A stretch of DNA of 64,000 nucleotides, taken from contig MU054323.1 of assembly GCA_013239625.1 (NCBI GenBank), positions 14,760,029 to 14,824,028 on the forward strand, given 5' to 3'. This DNA is from Lama guanicoe (taxonomy: Eukaryota). Below are positions 12,903-26,527 of the stretch, piece after piece (the stretch's first letter is position 1; each line of letters starts with the position of its first letter). The translations under genes were made by a program, and so were the position numbers. Under the pieces are notes generated by a model that had not been told where the DNA came from, did no database searches, and saw only the letters and a program-made list of their open reading frames with translations.

Positions 12903-14530
12903 GACCCAACTTCAAGACTTTCTATAAAGCTACAATGATCAAGACAGTGTGGTACTGGTGAAAGAACAGAGAGGTCAATGAAACAGAAGAGCCCAGAAGT
13001 AGACCCATATAAATACAATCAGTTGATTTCTGACAAAAGGAGCAAAGGTATTAAAATGGAGCAAAAATAGTCTCTTCAACAAATGGTACTACAACAACTG
13101 GATATCTGCACGTAAAAAAAGAAAAAAAAAAGGAATCTAGACACAGACCTTACAACTTTTACAAACGTTAGTTCAAAAGAGACTTAAATTTAAAACACAA
13201 AATTATAAAACTCCTGGAAGATAACATAAAAGAAAAGCTACATGACCTTGGGTATGGTGATAACTTTTTAGATACATCATCAAAGAAACAATCCATGGAA
13301 GAAATAATTGGTAAACTGACTTTATCAAAAATTTAAAAATTCTGCTCTGCAAAAGATAGTGTTAAGAGAATACAAAACAAGCCATAGATTTGGTGAAAAT
13401 ATTTGCAAAAGATACATCTGATGGAGGACTGTTATGTAAAATATAACAAACTCTAAAAACTCAACAATAAGAAAACAAACCACCAAATTAAAAAATGGGC
13501 CAAAAATCTTAACAAGCACGATATACAGATGGCAAACAAGTACATGAAAATATGCTCCACATCATATGTCAGCAGGGAAGTGGAAGCTAAAACAACATTG
13601 TGAAACCATTACACATCTATGAGAATAACCAAAGTCCAGAACACTGATAGCACCAAAAACTGGTGAGGACGTGGAGCAACAAAAACTCACTCATTGCTGG
13701 TGAGAATGCAAAATAGTACAGACAATTGGAAATCAGTTTGGTATGTTTATACAAAAGTAAATACACTTCCATGATCCCCAAATCAATCCTCACTGCCAAC
13801 AACAGAATACTTAAATATTTTTTCTAGTTGATTGTTTACATCTTTGACTTCCTTAGACTACAACTGAGAAAAGCTGAATGAAAAACAGGATGGTTACTAC
13901 CGAAAGGTTTGCAGAAGGAAGGATATACATGGGATTTGTTTCAAAAACGTGGGTGAGGGACAAATAGTTGGTGAGGTAGATGGGACAAGGTTGGATACAG
14001 ATCACTGGTTTGGGGACTGGGTAATGGTATATTGGGCTCATTATTTTATTCTGTCTACTTTGTATATGTTTTAAATTTGCTATAGTAAAATTTTTAATTA
14101 GATAATTTCAAAAAAAAAAAAGAAGTGAATATACTCAACATACAACTCAGCAATTACATCCCTTGCATCTACCTAAATGAGATGGAAACATGTCCACACA
14201 AAATCCTGCATATGGATGTTTATAGCAGCTGTATTTATAGTGCCAAACCTTGGAAGCAACCAGGATGACCTTCAGTAGGTGAATGAATAAATAGACTATG
14301 GAATGTCCAGACAATGGAACATTACATAGTACAAAAAATTAAATGAGGTATCAAGCCATGAAAACACATCAAATTAATGTTGCTAACTGTAAGAAACCAA
14401 TCAACCAATCTGAAAAGGCTACATACTATATAATTCCAACTATATGACATTCTAGAAAAAGCAAAATTTGTACCTTCACCCAATTTTTCTGTGAACCTAA
14501 TACTGCGCTAAAAAAAAAAAGTCTGAAAAA
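12903..14530 (+). mobile_element. L1MC1-like LINE (ORF2 3' part and 3' end), interrupted by a nested L1 3' end
   Basis: ORF2 motif tataaagctacaatgatcaagacagtgtggtactgg. L1MC1-type 3' motifs gaaaaggctacatactatataattccaactatatgacattct and tttttctgtgaacctaatactgcgctaaaaaa. Confidence 0.85.
13770..14121 (+). mobile_element. Nested L1M 3' end inside the L1MC1-like element
   Basis: ctgggtaatggtatattgggctcattattttattctgtctactttgtatatgttttaaattt followed by an A-run. Degenerate TSD aaagtaaatacact / gaagtgaatatact. Confidence 0.7.
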
Positions 14531-14599
14531 AAAATTTAGAAATTTTTTTTTAAGCCAAAGATATTGAAAAGGCAGAGGGGGGGTCACAGAACCCTTGCT

Positions 14600-16460
14600 T
14601 TCAATTTTAGAAGTTATAAGAAATGATTAAAACATTGAAAAAAATTAAATAACAGAAATTGATGACAAAAAGGAATCAGAAAATTTAATCCATAAGAAAT
14701 TCGGTTCTTGGAAAAGTTCAATAAATTAGACTACTTTTTTAAAGTCTTAAAACAGTAAACCCAGGTATATCCCTTGTTTACCCATTCCAGAACAGAGTGA
14801 AAACACGGCGATTATGACAACTTATTTTTAGAGTCCAGCTCTAACTTCAGACAAAACCAAATTAGCAAAGTAAAACAAACAATAACTGTAAGACAATCTA
14901 ACCTGTGAACATAAATATAAATATTCCAAGTAAAGAATTACCAAATAAATTTAGCAGTCTTAGAATAATTACACCTTTTAACCAACCAGAGTGTATTTCT
15001 GACATTAAGGGAAGGTAACATTTTTAAAAAATCTAACTGTAATTCAATGTATTAACCACATTGGGAATATATCCACTGAAAAACTCCTTCTTCAAGGTAC
15101 TTCTATCATAATCCATGTTATCTCAGATTCAGTTAAACTTTTGTAAATAAAAGATACCATAAACAAAACAAAAAGACAGCCTATGGACTAGGAGAAAATA
15201 TTTGCAAATGATATGACTGACAAGGGCTTGATTTCCAGAATACACAACCAACTCATACAACTCAGTAACATAAAACCAAATAACCCAATCAAAAACTGGG
15301 CAGAAGATCTAAACAAATATTTCTCCAATGAAGACATACAGATAGCCAACTGACACATGAAAAGATGTCAATATTGCTAATTATTAGAGAAATACATACT
15401 AAAACTACCATGAGGTATCACCTCACACCAATCATAATGCCACCATTAACAAGTCCACAAAAGACAGAGAGGGTGTAGATAAAAGGGAACCCTCCTGCGC
15501 TTTTGGTGGGATTGTAATTTGGTGCAGCCACTATGGAAAACAGTACAGAGGTTCCTTAAAAAAACTAACAATGAAGTTTTTCGTTTTTGATATGATATGT
15601 TCCAGCAAGCCCACTCCTGGGCATATATCTGGAGAAAACGCCAATTCAAAAATGTATATGCACCCCAAATGTTCACAGCAGCACTATTTATAATAGCCAA
15701 CACATTGAAGGAACCTAAATGCTCATCAACAGGTGACTGGATAAAGATGTAGTATGTATATGTATGTGTATGTATGCGTATATATACACACACACACAAT
15801 GGGATATACACATAATGGGATATTCAGCCATAAAAAGAATGAAATAATGCCATTTGCAGCAACATAGGTGGACCTAGAGATTATCATACTAAGTAAAGTA
15901 AGTCAAAGACAAATATCATACAATATCACTTATATGTAGAATCTAAAACAATGAGACAAATGAACTTATTTACAAAACAGAAACAGATTTACAGACATCA
16001 AAACAAACTTATGGTTACCAAAGGGGAAAGGGGATTGGATAAACCGGGATTTGAGAGTAGCAGATAGAAACTACTGTATAGAGAACAGTGAACAACAAAG
16101 TCCTACTGTATAGCACAAGAAATTATATTCCATAACTTCCAATAACTTAGAGTGAAAAAGAATATGAAAAAGAATATACATGTTGTATACCAAGAAATAA
16201 CACAACATTGTAAATCAACTACAGATTGAAAAAAAAAAAAAAGACAGTGGTATCCTTCAATAATATCACAGACAAAAAAGGAAGACTTTTAAGAGTTGTA
16301 ATCATTAATCAAACTGAACTAGCCAGGGACAGAAAGCAACTCCTTAGTTTTGTAAAGGAATCATCCAAAAACTAATAATGAAATCACACTAATAATGAAG
16401 CTTCTGAAGCACTCTCATTAAGTTGGGAACAAGAGAAGGATGCCCTATTTGTAATAAATC
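14600..16460 (+). mobile_element. Old L1M ORF2 remnant, interrupted by the younger L1 at 15130-16242
   Basis: ggttcttggaaaagttcaataaattagac; after the insertion, ctctcattaagttgggaacaagagaaggatgccc (RT-region motif). Confidence 0.6.
15130..16242 (+). mobile_element. Artiodactyl/camelid-type L1, 5'-truncated (ORF2 C-terminus, 3'UTR, poly(A))
   Basis: Translates [29 protein letters not shown], like L1 ORF2 RQPTEWEKIFAN... with a TGG>TAG stop. Contains aaaaagaatgaaataatgccatttgcagcaaca. Ends caacattgtaaatcaactac plus an A-tail. Confidence 0.92.
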
Positions 16461-17267
16461 GTCCAAACTTACGTGGTTTTCAAAAAGGCATATTTTTTTA
16501 TTCCAAGAGCCAGTGTACTCAATTTTGATGTAAAGAATTTGTAAGAGAGTTCTATAAGGTATCTAGGATCAGAACACAAATTTCACAACCATGCCAGTTA
16601 CTATCAGTAGTTGTGGGAAGAAGAGAGATCATTCATAAGAACAAATGATGAGTTTTAGCTTTTGGTTCTATGTTTGTATTGTGTATTGTGTTCTATGTTT
16701 GTATTGTTAGTTGTAAAAATGTGTGTGTGTGTATATATATAATTTATATATGTATCACTATGTAAGAAATCAACCTGGCAGCTGTGTGGAAAACAAAAAA
16801 TAAGGAGAGAAAATGAAGACAAAGAGATTGGTTGATGGTTGTTTCAGAAGCTCATGGATTGGACTAAAGTGAAGATATGAAGAGAAATAAACAAGTAGGC
16901 ATGTTTTACTTTCAAATTAGAATGCACATTTTTTATGTGGATGATAAGCACACATGAATTATTAAAGATAACTTGTATATTGGGAAGGAAACAACTGTAT
17001 GGGTGTTAAGATAACAGATAAGCAACTGAGTACAGAATTCTAATACGCTGAAGAGAAAACTAGAAATGTATTAAATATTTGGGAGTAGTTGGCACACAGA
17101 TAGAAGCAGAGCACAACTGTAAGAATTCAAACTACATATGGGGCAAAGTCATTCTTTCATCATGTGTAAAAAGTAGGGAAGAATGGTCACATATTTGCTA
17201 ATATTCCAACAATATATGTTCTCATAGAAGCCATGCAGTTGTACATGACAACTGAGATGTTAACTAG

Positions 17268-17420
17268 TTAGAGGCAGAGAGACCTGGGTTCTAGTACCAA
17301 CACTGATACTTAGTAGCTGGGTGAATGACTTGGGGCAAGTTATTGAAACATTCCAAGCATCCATTTCTTCATCGTTAATGAGGAAAATAATGCCATAAGT
17401 AACTTGCGAAGATTGCTAAA
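17268..17420 (+). mobile_element. MIR SINE
   Basis: gacctgggttctagt...cttagtagctgggtgaatgacttggggcaagttatt...tttcttcatc (MIR core). Confidence 0.75.
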
Positions 17421-19318
17421 AATATTGTACTAAAAGGACAAATTATGGTCATTGGGAATCTTTCATAGGGATGTTTCATAGGAAAGGTATTTTCATGTGT
17501 TTATGCTTTCTATCATTCATTTGGTCCATTTGTATTCTCGATAACTTATTTTGCAATATCTGATTTATTTTTCTGCTTCTCAAATTTTATTAGTTTTGCT
17601 ATAGATTCACAGTGTGCTTGCTCTTACATTCTTAGTAAACAGATCTAGCTGTTTAGATCTCTTTACTAATACAATGGTCCATACTCTGTTTCACACAAAC
17701 ATTCTCTTGCAACATGTTATGCTCTTGCAGGGCTGTACATCATCATCATCTGAATCTCATTTTATTATAAGCATTTTGCAGATTAGGAAGCTATTTCCTC
17801 AAGGAAGTTCAAACCAAGATATCTCCTTTATTAACTTCAAGCAGTACCAGAAAAACCTTATATCAGATTTCTGGTTCATTTCATGTATGCATTGGGCTGT
17901 ACTATTTAATGCTTCTTTCTTTTGATTTTTAAATTATTATCAGAGTAATTTAAAAAATGTTTGATCTCATACTTCTGATTTTTTTTCATTTTAGGTAAAA
18001 TCATTAATTAATATCAATACTTCTTTAAGTCATCAGTTATAATGTTCAAAGTGCTTTAGATTTCGAGCAGAAAGCAGCAGGTGCATTTTAGTAGTTTTTC
18101 AGATTTAAAGCAAAGTTTCTGTTACTGAATAGAACAGAGAACGATTTTGTTATAAGCACGGCTAATGTGGCTCTCTCTAAATAGAAGTCTCATTAAATTA
18201 TACTTGTAGTTGTCAGGTTTCAAAGAATAAAACTTCATTGGAAACAGGAATTCTAGATCTGAACTTTACTCCGTTTTATAATGCCCTGAGGTTTCACAGT
18301 AATTTGTTTTTTCAGAATTTCAAACCAAACTACTTAAGGAGGATTTCATTAGTAAAAAATTTACCCACACATTATACAAATATGTGAGTATGAATATTGT
18401 CCTGGAAGACATGGATTATCATCCTATTTTTACTATTATTTAGTCACATGTCCTTGCCAAAATCACTATGTCTAGAAGGCAGTTTTCTCATTTCTGAAAG
18501 CTTTGAATAGCTGGCTTCTAAAATTCCTTTAAGATCTAAAAGTCTCTGATTACGTATTCTAGAAATTACTTGCTAAGTACATGAATTTCATCAACTTTAA
18601 AAAGACTTCGATATCAAAATTATTACAGGTTTTTGCTATAATCAACATCCTACTTTATGTATGTTACCAATCACAATTTTTCTGAATTATTCAAAATTTC
18701 TGTATATTGTTTATTAAAATCTTTAAACTTTTTTGACTTTAAAAGATTTCTAAATCATTTACGTGATTATATGAGTTTTTCCACTCATAATCTTTTAGTA
18801 TTAATTCTAGATAAGAACAGAGTCTATTTTAATATGGGAAAACCCATTTCCCAGGGTAGCTTTCTTAATGAAATTTTTTTTATGTATTAAGAAGTATTCT
18901 GTACAAAATGGAACAACTTTCTCAAACACAGTTTACTTACACTAAATTCCAAAGTACAAAATATGAGATATCATTATTCGTAATAATTAGAGAGGTTATT
19001 ATTTTCTTATTTGAACTGTATTTCTTAAGTCTACAGTGTAATGTACTTGTAGTTATATAATTCATGATGGTAGGATATGCTCATACTTTGTAGGATATAC
19101 CTATATGTCCAAGACTTAGTAATACATCCTAGTTTACATGGGCTTTTGCCAAAAGATAAAGCTTATGAAACAAAAACCTGGAATAACTTTTTAAAACTGT
19201 GTTTTGAATGAGATAATATAATTAGATGAAAAGTAACTAGAAGTCAAATAAAGTAGTGTTATTAGGAATCAGAAACCTTCACTTTTTAACTTTCACCTTA
19301 GTTAAGGATTTCTTGATT

Positions 19319-19902
19319 TTTTTAAACATTTTTTATTGATTTATAATCATTTTACAATGTTGTGTCAAAGTCCAGTGTTCAGCACAATTTTTCAGTCGTA
19401 CATGGACATATACACACTCATTGTCACATTTTTTTTCTCTGTGAGCTACCATAACATTTTGTGTATATTTCCCTGTGCTATAGAGTATAATCTTGTTCAT
19501 CTATTCTACAATTTTGAAATCCCAGTCTATCCCTTTCCACCCTCCACCCCCCTGGCAACCACAAGTCTGTATTCTCTGTCTATGAGTCTACTTCTGTCCT
19601 GTATTTACGCTTTGTTTTTGTTTGTTTGTTTGTTTTTGTTTTTGTTTTTTAGATTCCACATATGAGTGATCTCATATGGTTTTTTCTTTCTCTTTCTGGC
19701 TTACTTCACTTAGAATGACATTCTCCAGGAGCATCCATGTTGCTGCAAATGGCATTATGTTGTCAGTTTTTATGGCTGAATAGTATTCCACTGTATAATA
19801 TACCACTTCTTCTTTATCCAGTCACCTGTTGATGGACATTTAGGCTGTTTCCATGTTTTGGCTATTGTAAATAGTGCTGCTATGAACATTGGGGTGCAGG
19901 TG
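19319..19902 (-). mobile_element. Young camelid-type L1 3' end with TSD, inserted into a MIR
   Basis: Antisense L1 3'UTR and ORF2 end (ccatgttgctgcaaatggcatt...gctattgtaaatagtgctgctatgaacattggggtgca). TSD core ttcttgatt at 19310-19318 and 19903-19911. Confidence 0.93.
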
Positions 19903-20899
19903 TTCTTGATTATTTAATCTATGGAATTAGGCCATGGTTATTTCATCTACAAAATTGGAATACTAATTTATTTTGGTTATATCACAATGTCATTTTGAAG
20001 AATATGTAAATTAATGTATGGAAAGGCATTATGGAAAAATAAAATGTTATGCAATTGAGATCAAATGTTTAATTGTTATTGGCATATCACTAATATTTCA
20101 GATAAACTCTAATAGATTTGGGGGGTATACATTTATTTTAAATCCAATTAAGCTATTTTATCCCTCATTATTGTGAATGGAATAAAAACATAAAATATTA
20201 ATTTCTCACTAACAGCTGTTTGACTTTCTAGCAATTTGCATCTGCATACCAGGCAATTCCAAAATTTAGTTGTATCATTATATATATATATGTGTATATG
20301 CATGTATATTAATAATGTTCTGAATACTAACTGTAACACTAGGTAAAAATGTATCACAGAAATTCTATCACTATTTTTGCATATATCTTATGTTAAAAGA
20401 ATAAACTACATGCTTAATGCTATAGTGATTATTTCCAAAGACTTCACTTTTTTTTTGTAAAAACATATTCTGAGCTTGTGTATGTAAGTTCCAAAAAAGA
20501 CAAAACATAATCTCTAAGATCATTATCTTAAGATCTCAGATAATGATTTTATATTATTATTTTTTATTGTTACTAGAACCCACCTCTGAGACCTCCATGC
20601 ATGCAGCTGAGATAGCGTAGCTTATTCTGTATTTTTCTCTTTGTCAATTGTGATTTGTTTTTATTTGTTTCTCCATGAAAAGTCATTAGATAGGAGCCAG
20701 GTGTTTCTGTAGTATTTATTGGCAGAAGTTTTTATATAACAGATAAAGCCCTCTCTTTTGCAGTTGTATTGGGATATATGCCTCATGCATCCCAATTTTC
20801 ATAGCACTATGTTTAAAAATATTTTAATTAAATTTTTATCTTCTCAGTCAATTAGCTTTTATATTTTAAATATTTAAATATAAAAATGTATATGAAGTA

Positions 20900-23800
20900 A
20901 TATGATAGTTATATACCTATGCTGAAAATAAACAAATGTTTACAAATTTGTCATATGTGTTTCAGCTACCTTAAAAAAAAAGACATTCAATGTTAGAGAT
21001 TCTGATAAAGACCCATACCGTTGCTTTACACCCATCAGTCCCAAGAAATTAGTAATATCCTAAGACTGATGTACTACATCATCATGTGGTTTGTTTTGGA
21101 CTTTTAACTCATTTGGTAGTATTGTTATGAAACATTTGTGTGATGTATTTTTAAACATAAATAAGTATCACACAGTGTATGTTCCTTACTACTTAACAAT
21201 TTTATATAATAAAATGGTTCTGAGATAAACACATGTTTAAACATCTTGAATAAGTTTATTTCACCTGCCCTTCACTACTCTTTCTTATATGAAGTTTTGT
21301 GTATTTGTATTGCAGTTGTGTGGTTTCCATGTTTTCACTATTTCAAATAGTGATTCAGTTTTCACTTTGTGTTTTCTTGTGCATGTATGTGCATACGTCC
21401 GTAGCATACATCTAAAAACAGCATTACTGGGATAAATAAATATTCTTAAGATTTAATAGACATTATTATATTATTCTCCTAAGTAGTTTTAAGAATAAAC
21501 ATGTCCTCAACCACATCATACCTAACAAGTCATTTTTTAACAAGTACTGTAGAATGTGGTAGTTTTAGATATTCACATTTTGCTTATCTGAGGAGTGTGC
21601 AAACAAATCTCATTTTTATTTTAATCTACATTTCTTTGACTAGAGAAGTGAGTATTCTCTCCTGAGTTTACTGCCAATCCAACTTTCCTCTAAGAATTTT
21701 CAAGTTAAGTTAAACTTTACCACTTAACATTCCTCTGACATTTCCTGGTTTCCTAGGAAATAATCAATTTTGAATACTGTTGAACTTTATCAAATCATTT
21801 ATGTTTATTTGTTGACATTATCACAAGAAAATTCTACTTTAAACTTTTCATGTGGGGAGTTACTTAAGGGATACTCCAATTTCAGACCAGCTTTGTATTC
21901 CTGGAATAAAGCCAATGTCATCAGGATGTATTTTAAAATAATGATTAGCTTCAGTAGATTAAAATTTAATTTAGAATTTTTGCATCTGTATTGATAATCA
22001 GGATTATACAAGAGTGTCTCTCTACTGATTCAATTTACAGTAATTTTTAGTTAAATTCAATAAGAATTTTTCTTTCTCCTTGGGTCTTTGCATTATCTAG
22101 AACAATATCCACTTTATTTGTATGTGTAATTGTTATTTGTGTCAAATTTATTAGCATAAAATTATTTATAAGAATTAAATTTTTATTATATCTGTAGTCA
22201 ACATTGTATTATTCACCTAATATTTATTTCTTCCCTCACTGTCTGTCTTTCTCCTTTTCTCCTTATTGATCAGTCTTGATAGAAATGTATATACTTATTA
22301 GTCTTCTTAAAACATACTTTTAGTTTTGTTGGGCTTCTCTACTGTTCATGTATTTTTAAGTGTATTTTTATTTTCATTGAACTATAGTTGATTTACAATG
22401 TAGTGTTAGTTTTTAGTGTACAGTACAGTGACACAGTTATACATATATACATTCTTTTCATATTCTTTTTCATTATAGGTTATTATAAGTTATTGAATAT
22501 AATTCCCTGTGCTATACAGTAGGATCTTGTTGTTTATCTATTTTATATACAGTAGTTTGCATCTGCAAACCCTAGTCTCTTAATTTATCCCTCTCCTATT
22601 TCCTTTCCCCCTTGGTAACCATAAATTTGTTTTCTATGTCTGTGAGTCTATTTTATAAATAAGCTCATTTGTATCATTTTTTAGGTTCCACAACTAAGTG
22701 ATATCTTATGATATTTGTCTTTGCCTGAGTTACTTCACTTAGTATGATAATCTGTAGGTACATCCATATTGCTGCAAATGGCATTATTTCATTCTTTATT
22801 ATGGCTGAGTAATATACCATTATAAATATAGATATAGATACAGATATAGATATCATCATCTTTATCCACTCATCTGTTGATGGACATTTCGATTGCTTCC
22901 ATGTCTTGGCATAGTGCTGCCATGAACACAGTGGGGCATGTATCTTTTCAAATCAGAGTTTTCTCTGGACATATGCCTAGGAGTGGATTGCTGGATCATA
23001 TGATAACTAACTAGTTTTAGTTTTTAAAGGAATCTTTATACTGTTTTCCATAGTGGCTGCATCAAATTACACTCCCACGATCAGTGTAGGAGGGTTCCCT
23101 TTTCTCCACACCCTCTCCAGCATTTATTGTTTGTTAATGATGGCCATTCTGATCAGTGTGAGGTGATACCTCATTGTACTTCTGATTTGCATTTTTCTGA
23201 TACTTAGTGATGTTGAGCATCTTTTTATGTGTCTGTTGGCCATTTGTATGTCTTCTTTGGAAAAATATCTATTTAGGTATTCTGCCCATTTTTTTGTTTT
23301 TTGTTATTGTTGTTATTGAGTTGTATGAGCAGTTCATGTATTTTTTATTTGCAAATGTTCTGCTCTTATACTTGTTTCCTTCTTCTACATTAATAATTAT
23401 TCCTCTTTTAACCTGTTTACAAAGGCAACATACTGAATATAGTCTTCTTAATGTAGCACTCTATAAATACTCCTTTATTTACATAGTATAAGTTTAGAAA
23501 TGAAAGACATTTCATGTCTTTCATAGATTACTTTTGATCTACAAACAATGCAAAAATATATTTCTAAATGTCAAGTTTACACAGGGATTTTTAAATTTTT
23601 ATTATTAAATTATATTTTTATTTACAGATATCAATGAACGAAGTCTGAAAATTTTATTCTCGAATAATTATTAAGGTTTGTATTTGCTTCATTGCTTCAT
23701 GACATAGAAATGATTATTTTCTCTAAATAGTCCAAAAGATTTTAAAGCATATGCATTCTCTAATCAGTGGATCTATGTTTACATACCACTTTATGTCTCT

Positions 23801-24420
23801 AATGATATCTGTTCTATTAGGCCCTTGATGTTTCTTCTTTATTTTTTAATAACAGAGGTTGCTGTGTTAATGTTTATACTGTGATTACAGATCTACATAT
23901 TTCTATTTGAAATTCTATTCAGTAGGGATGTACAAGCTCAGCAGTTTTTATAGCTTACCTGTTACTTATTTTATTTCCTTTGACAGCTTTCATTTGTGTG
24001 CATACAACTTCAAGTGTTGATGTCAGTGGATTTATCTCTGTTAAAATATTTTGTGTTGTGTATTGTTACTAATTTCTTCTTTTTATCATTTAGAACAATC
24101 CAGTTTTAGTTCAAGTTTTATTTATTCTACTCTACTATTTTGATAATCATGCATTTAATTTCTTTTGGTGTTTATTTACCTTTAATTTTTTAACATGCAA
24201 ACTAAAAATATCTAGAGTTGATTAATATATCCTTCGCTCTGACTACATGGAATTCAGTATGCTTCAAAGATCATTAACCATTTCCATCATCCATTTTCTA
24301 TATATTTTTATCATTATTATTATTATAAAATTACAACTCATTTAGGAATAGCCTCTATTTGCCAATATCTTTGCACAGCTTTATATATGGCATTCCAAGA
24401 ATTTATTTACCTTTTATGAC
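20900..24420 (-). mobile_element. Old L1M (L1ME-like) antisense remnants, interrupted by the L1 at 22358-23331
   Basis: T-rich sequence with antisense L1 motifs (tctcatttttattttaatctacatttctttgacta; ttgtattcctggaataaagcca; aatttttgcatctgtatt). Confidence 0.6.
22358..23331 (-). mobile_element. Artiodactyl/camelid-type L1 3' portion with a 14-bp TSD
   Basis: tatagttgatttacaatgtagtgttagttttt...gggttcccttttctccacaccctctccagcattt...gtgtgaggtgatacctcattgt. Perfect TSD gttcatgtattttt at 22344-22357 and 23332-23345. Confidence 0.93.
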
Positions 24421-24471
24421 AAATACACATGTCTAAGTAAAAAGAATGAAACTATTTCCATTAATGAAAAA

Positions 24472-24961
24472 TGTGGCAGTTTTAAAACATTCCACAAAAT
24501 TCACTGATACTCTTCCTGTCCAGTATAGTGTCTATGCCCCCTTCCCTCAAATACCTCAGTGACTGACTGAACAACAGAATCTAGCAGAAATGACACATTG
24601 TCAATTTCCAGGCCCACAACTTAAAAACAAAAGCCAAACAATAAAACAAACAATACTACATCACCAATTGCCTGTTTCTTGGAACACTTGCTCATGGAAC
24701 CCAGCCACCATTCTGTGAGGAAGTTCAAATAACCTACAGAGAGGCTCAAACGGAAAAGAACGAAGGTCCCTGTCCTTCAACCTTTGTGAAGCTTCCCACA
24801 ATCAAAAGAAACACTTGAACCATGTGAGGGAGTCACCTAAAAATGGATCTACCAGTCCCCAGTCAAGCCATCTCTGCTGTCACTGTGTAGAGCAGACACA
24901 AGCCCTTTTCACTGAGTCCTACAGCTATGGCAGCTAAATAAACGACTGGTTTTGCTTTAAG
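24472..24961 (+). mobile_element. MLT1G-like MaLR LTR
   Basis: Begins tgtggcagttttaaaacattccacaaaattc. Internal ggaacacttgctcatggaacccagccaccattctgtgaggaag. Near the end, aaataaacgactggttttgctttaag. Confidence 0.85.
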
Positions 24962-24964
24962 GCA

Positions 24965-25305
24965 AAAACAACAAATACTATTAAGGGAATTAAAAGACAA
25001 CCTATAGACTGGGGAAAAAAAGTAATTTGAAAATCATATCTCCAACAAAGGACTTGTATTGAGAATATATAAGAACACTTAAAACCACACAAAACAAGGA
25101 ACTATTTTTTAAACATCAAAAGATAACAGATACTTCAGTAAGAGAGGCATATGGAAGGCCTATAGGCATATGAAAAGATGCTCAACATCACTAGTTATCA
25201 GGGGAATGCATATTAGTCACAATGAGTTGTCACTATGCAACTTCTAGAATAGCTAAAGTAAAACATGATTAATTAATTTGATAACCAAGTGCTGATGAGC
25301 AAGCG
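24965..25305 (+). mobile_element. L1M ORF2 3' fragment
   Basis: aaaagacaacctatagactggg...atgaaaagatgctcaacatcactagttatcagggg. Confidence 0.8.
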
Positions 25306-25309
25306 AATT

Positions 25310-25910
25310 ACTGTAGAAAATTTGGATTTTCTTATCTTCTACTGAAGAGTATTGATTTTGACACTGATTTTTAAGTAGGCAGTTAACTTGCTGTACTCAA
25401 AATTGCAAAACTCTGTCTGCTTGTGATAGGCAGCAGCTCAAATTTCAATTTATTTCTTTCAGCCATAGCTGAGTTGATGGGAGGCTGCCTTATACTACAT
25501 GGTATAGGGGTCATCAAAAGACTAAGGTAGAGTTCATACACAGAATTTGTAGCCCTACCATTCTCACTCTCTTTCTTGGATTTTCCTCTTAACTTTCCAG
25601 GTACTGTGGCTGTCCTAAATAAACCTTGTCTTCTGATTCTTGAAGCCAGTAAAACTGCAGATTTTCTATTGGATTTTTCATCATCTGAAATGGTACAGAC
25701 TGGAATTCACCTTTATTTAATAGTCAAAGAAAATAAGAAATTCATATTGTAGCAATGCCTTCTTCAAAGTATTGACTTCTAGTCATTATCTTCCAGCTTC
25801 TATTCATTCTTCAGACAGTTCTTTTCTTTCGATGTTTTGCCCTGCATTTATAACTGTTAACTGTGGGAAGTCTGGCCTGATAGGCGGTATCTCAGCAATA
25901 CTAGAAGGAG
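25310..25910 (-). mobile_element. Old L1M 5' region, antisense
   Basis: ggcagttaacttgctg...aaactctgtc and ttctgattcttgaagccagtaaaactgcag resemble antisense L1ME/L1MD 5' sequence. Confidence 0.5.
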
Positions 25911-26099
25911 AACATCAGAGCTGATTTTTTCCTGTACCTCAGCCTTATTCACTTGAGTCAGATGATCTTAGTGCTTTTAATTCCAAGTATCCAAGTAATG
26001 TAACATTTATATCTAAAGGAACTGCATCTTTTTCAACAAAGAAGTTCTGCTGGATACTAAAAACATGTCTCTGCTTTATATATTTTTAAATCTTCTAGC

Positions 26100-26527
26100 A
26101 AATTACTTGAGGGATTTAAAAGTCTTGTATAAACTTACTTTTTAGACTTATTTCTGGTACTCCACACCATAAAGACTATTTCTGAGAAATCACTGCTCCT
26201 GGAATTCACTGGGATTTTTTTACACTTCCACTTCTGTGATGATTAATGTCTCTCTAGTTAAAATAATCTTTCTGTCAACCTGAGAAAAACCCATTTGTGC
26301 AGTTCAGATATAAGCACCCCACCAGCAAAAATATTTTTTTCTCATATATGCCCCCAATGAATATTTATTCTTTCTTCAGTAGGAACTTATCACATTGTCT
26401 GGTGATTTGTAGTTAGTGTGTCTGACTTCTTCAATAAATTGTCTCTCCTTGAATAATTATTCATCTTTATGCCCAATGGCACCTAGTAGAGTTTGTGCCA
26501 CATGTCAAGTGCTTGATAAATGAATAT
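26100..26527 (+). mobile_element. L2 3' end
   Basis: acttatcacattgt...ttcatctttatgcccaatggcacctagtagagtttgtgccacatgtcaagtgcttgataaatgaat. Confidence 0.7.

Noticed and set aside
15446..15811. 121-aa minus-strand ORF
   Set aside because: It is an antisense reading of L1 ORF2 3' sequence, a common spurious-protein artefact. The same applies to 19336-19665, 44301-44570 and 52708-52974.
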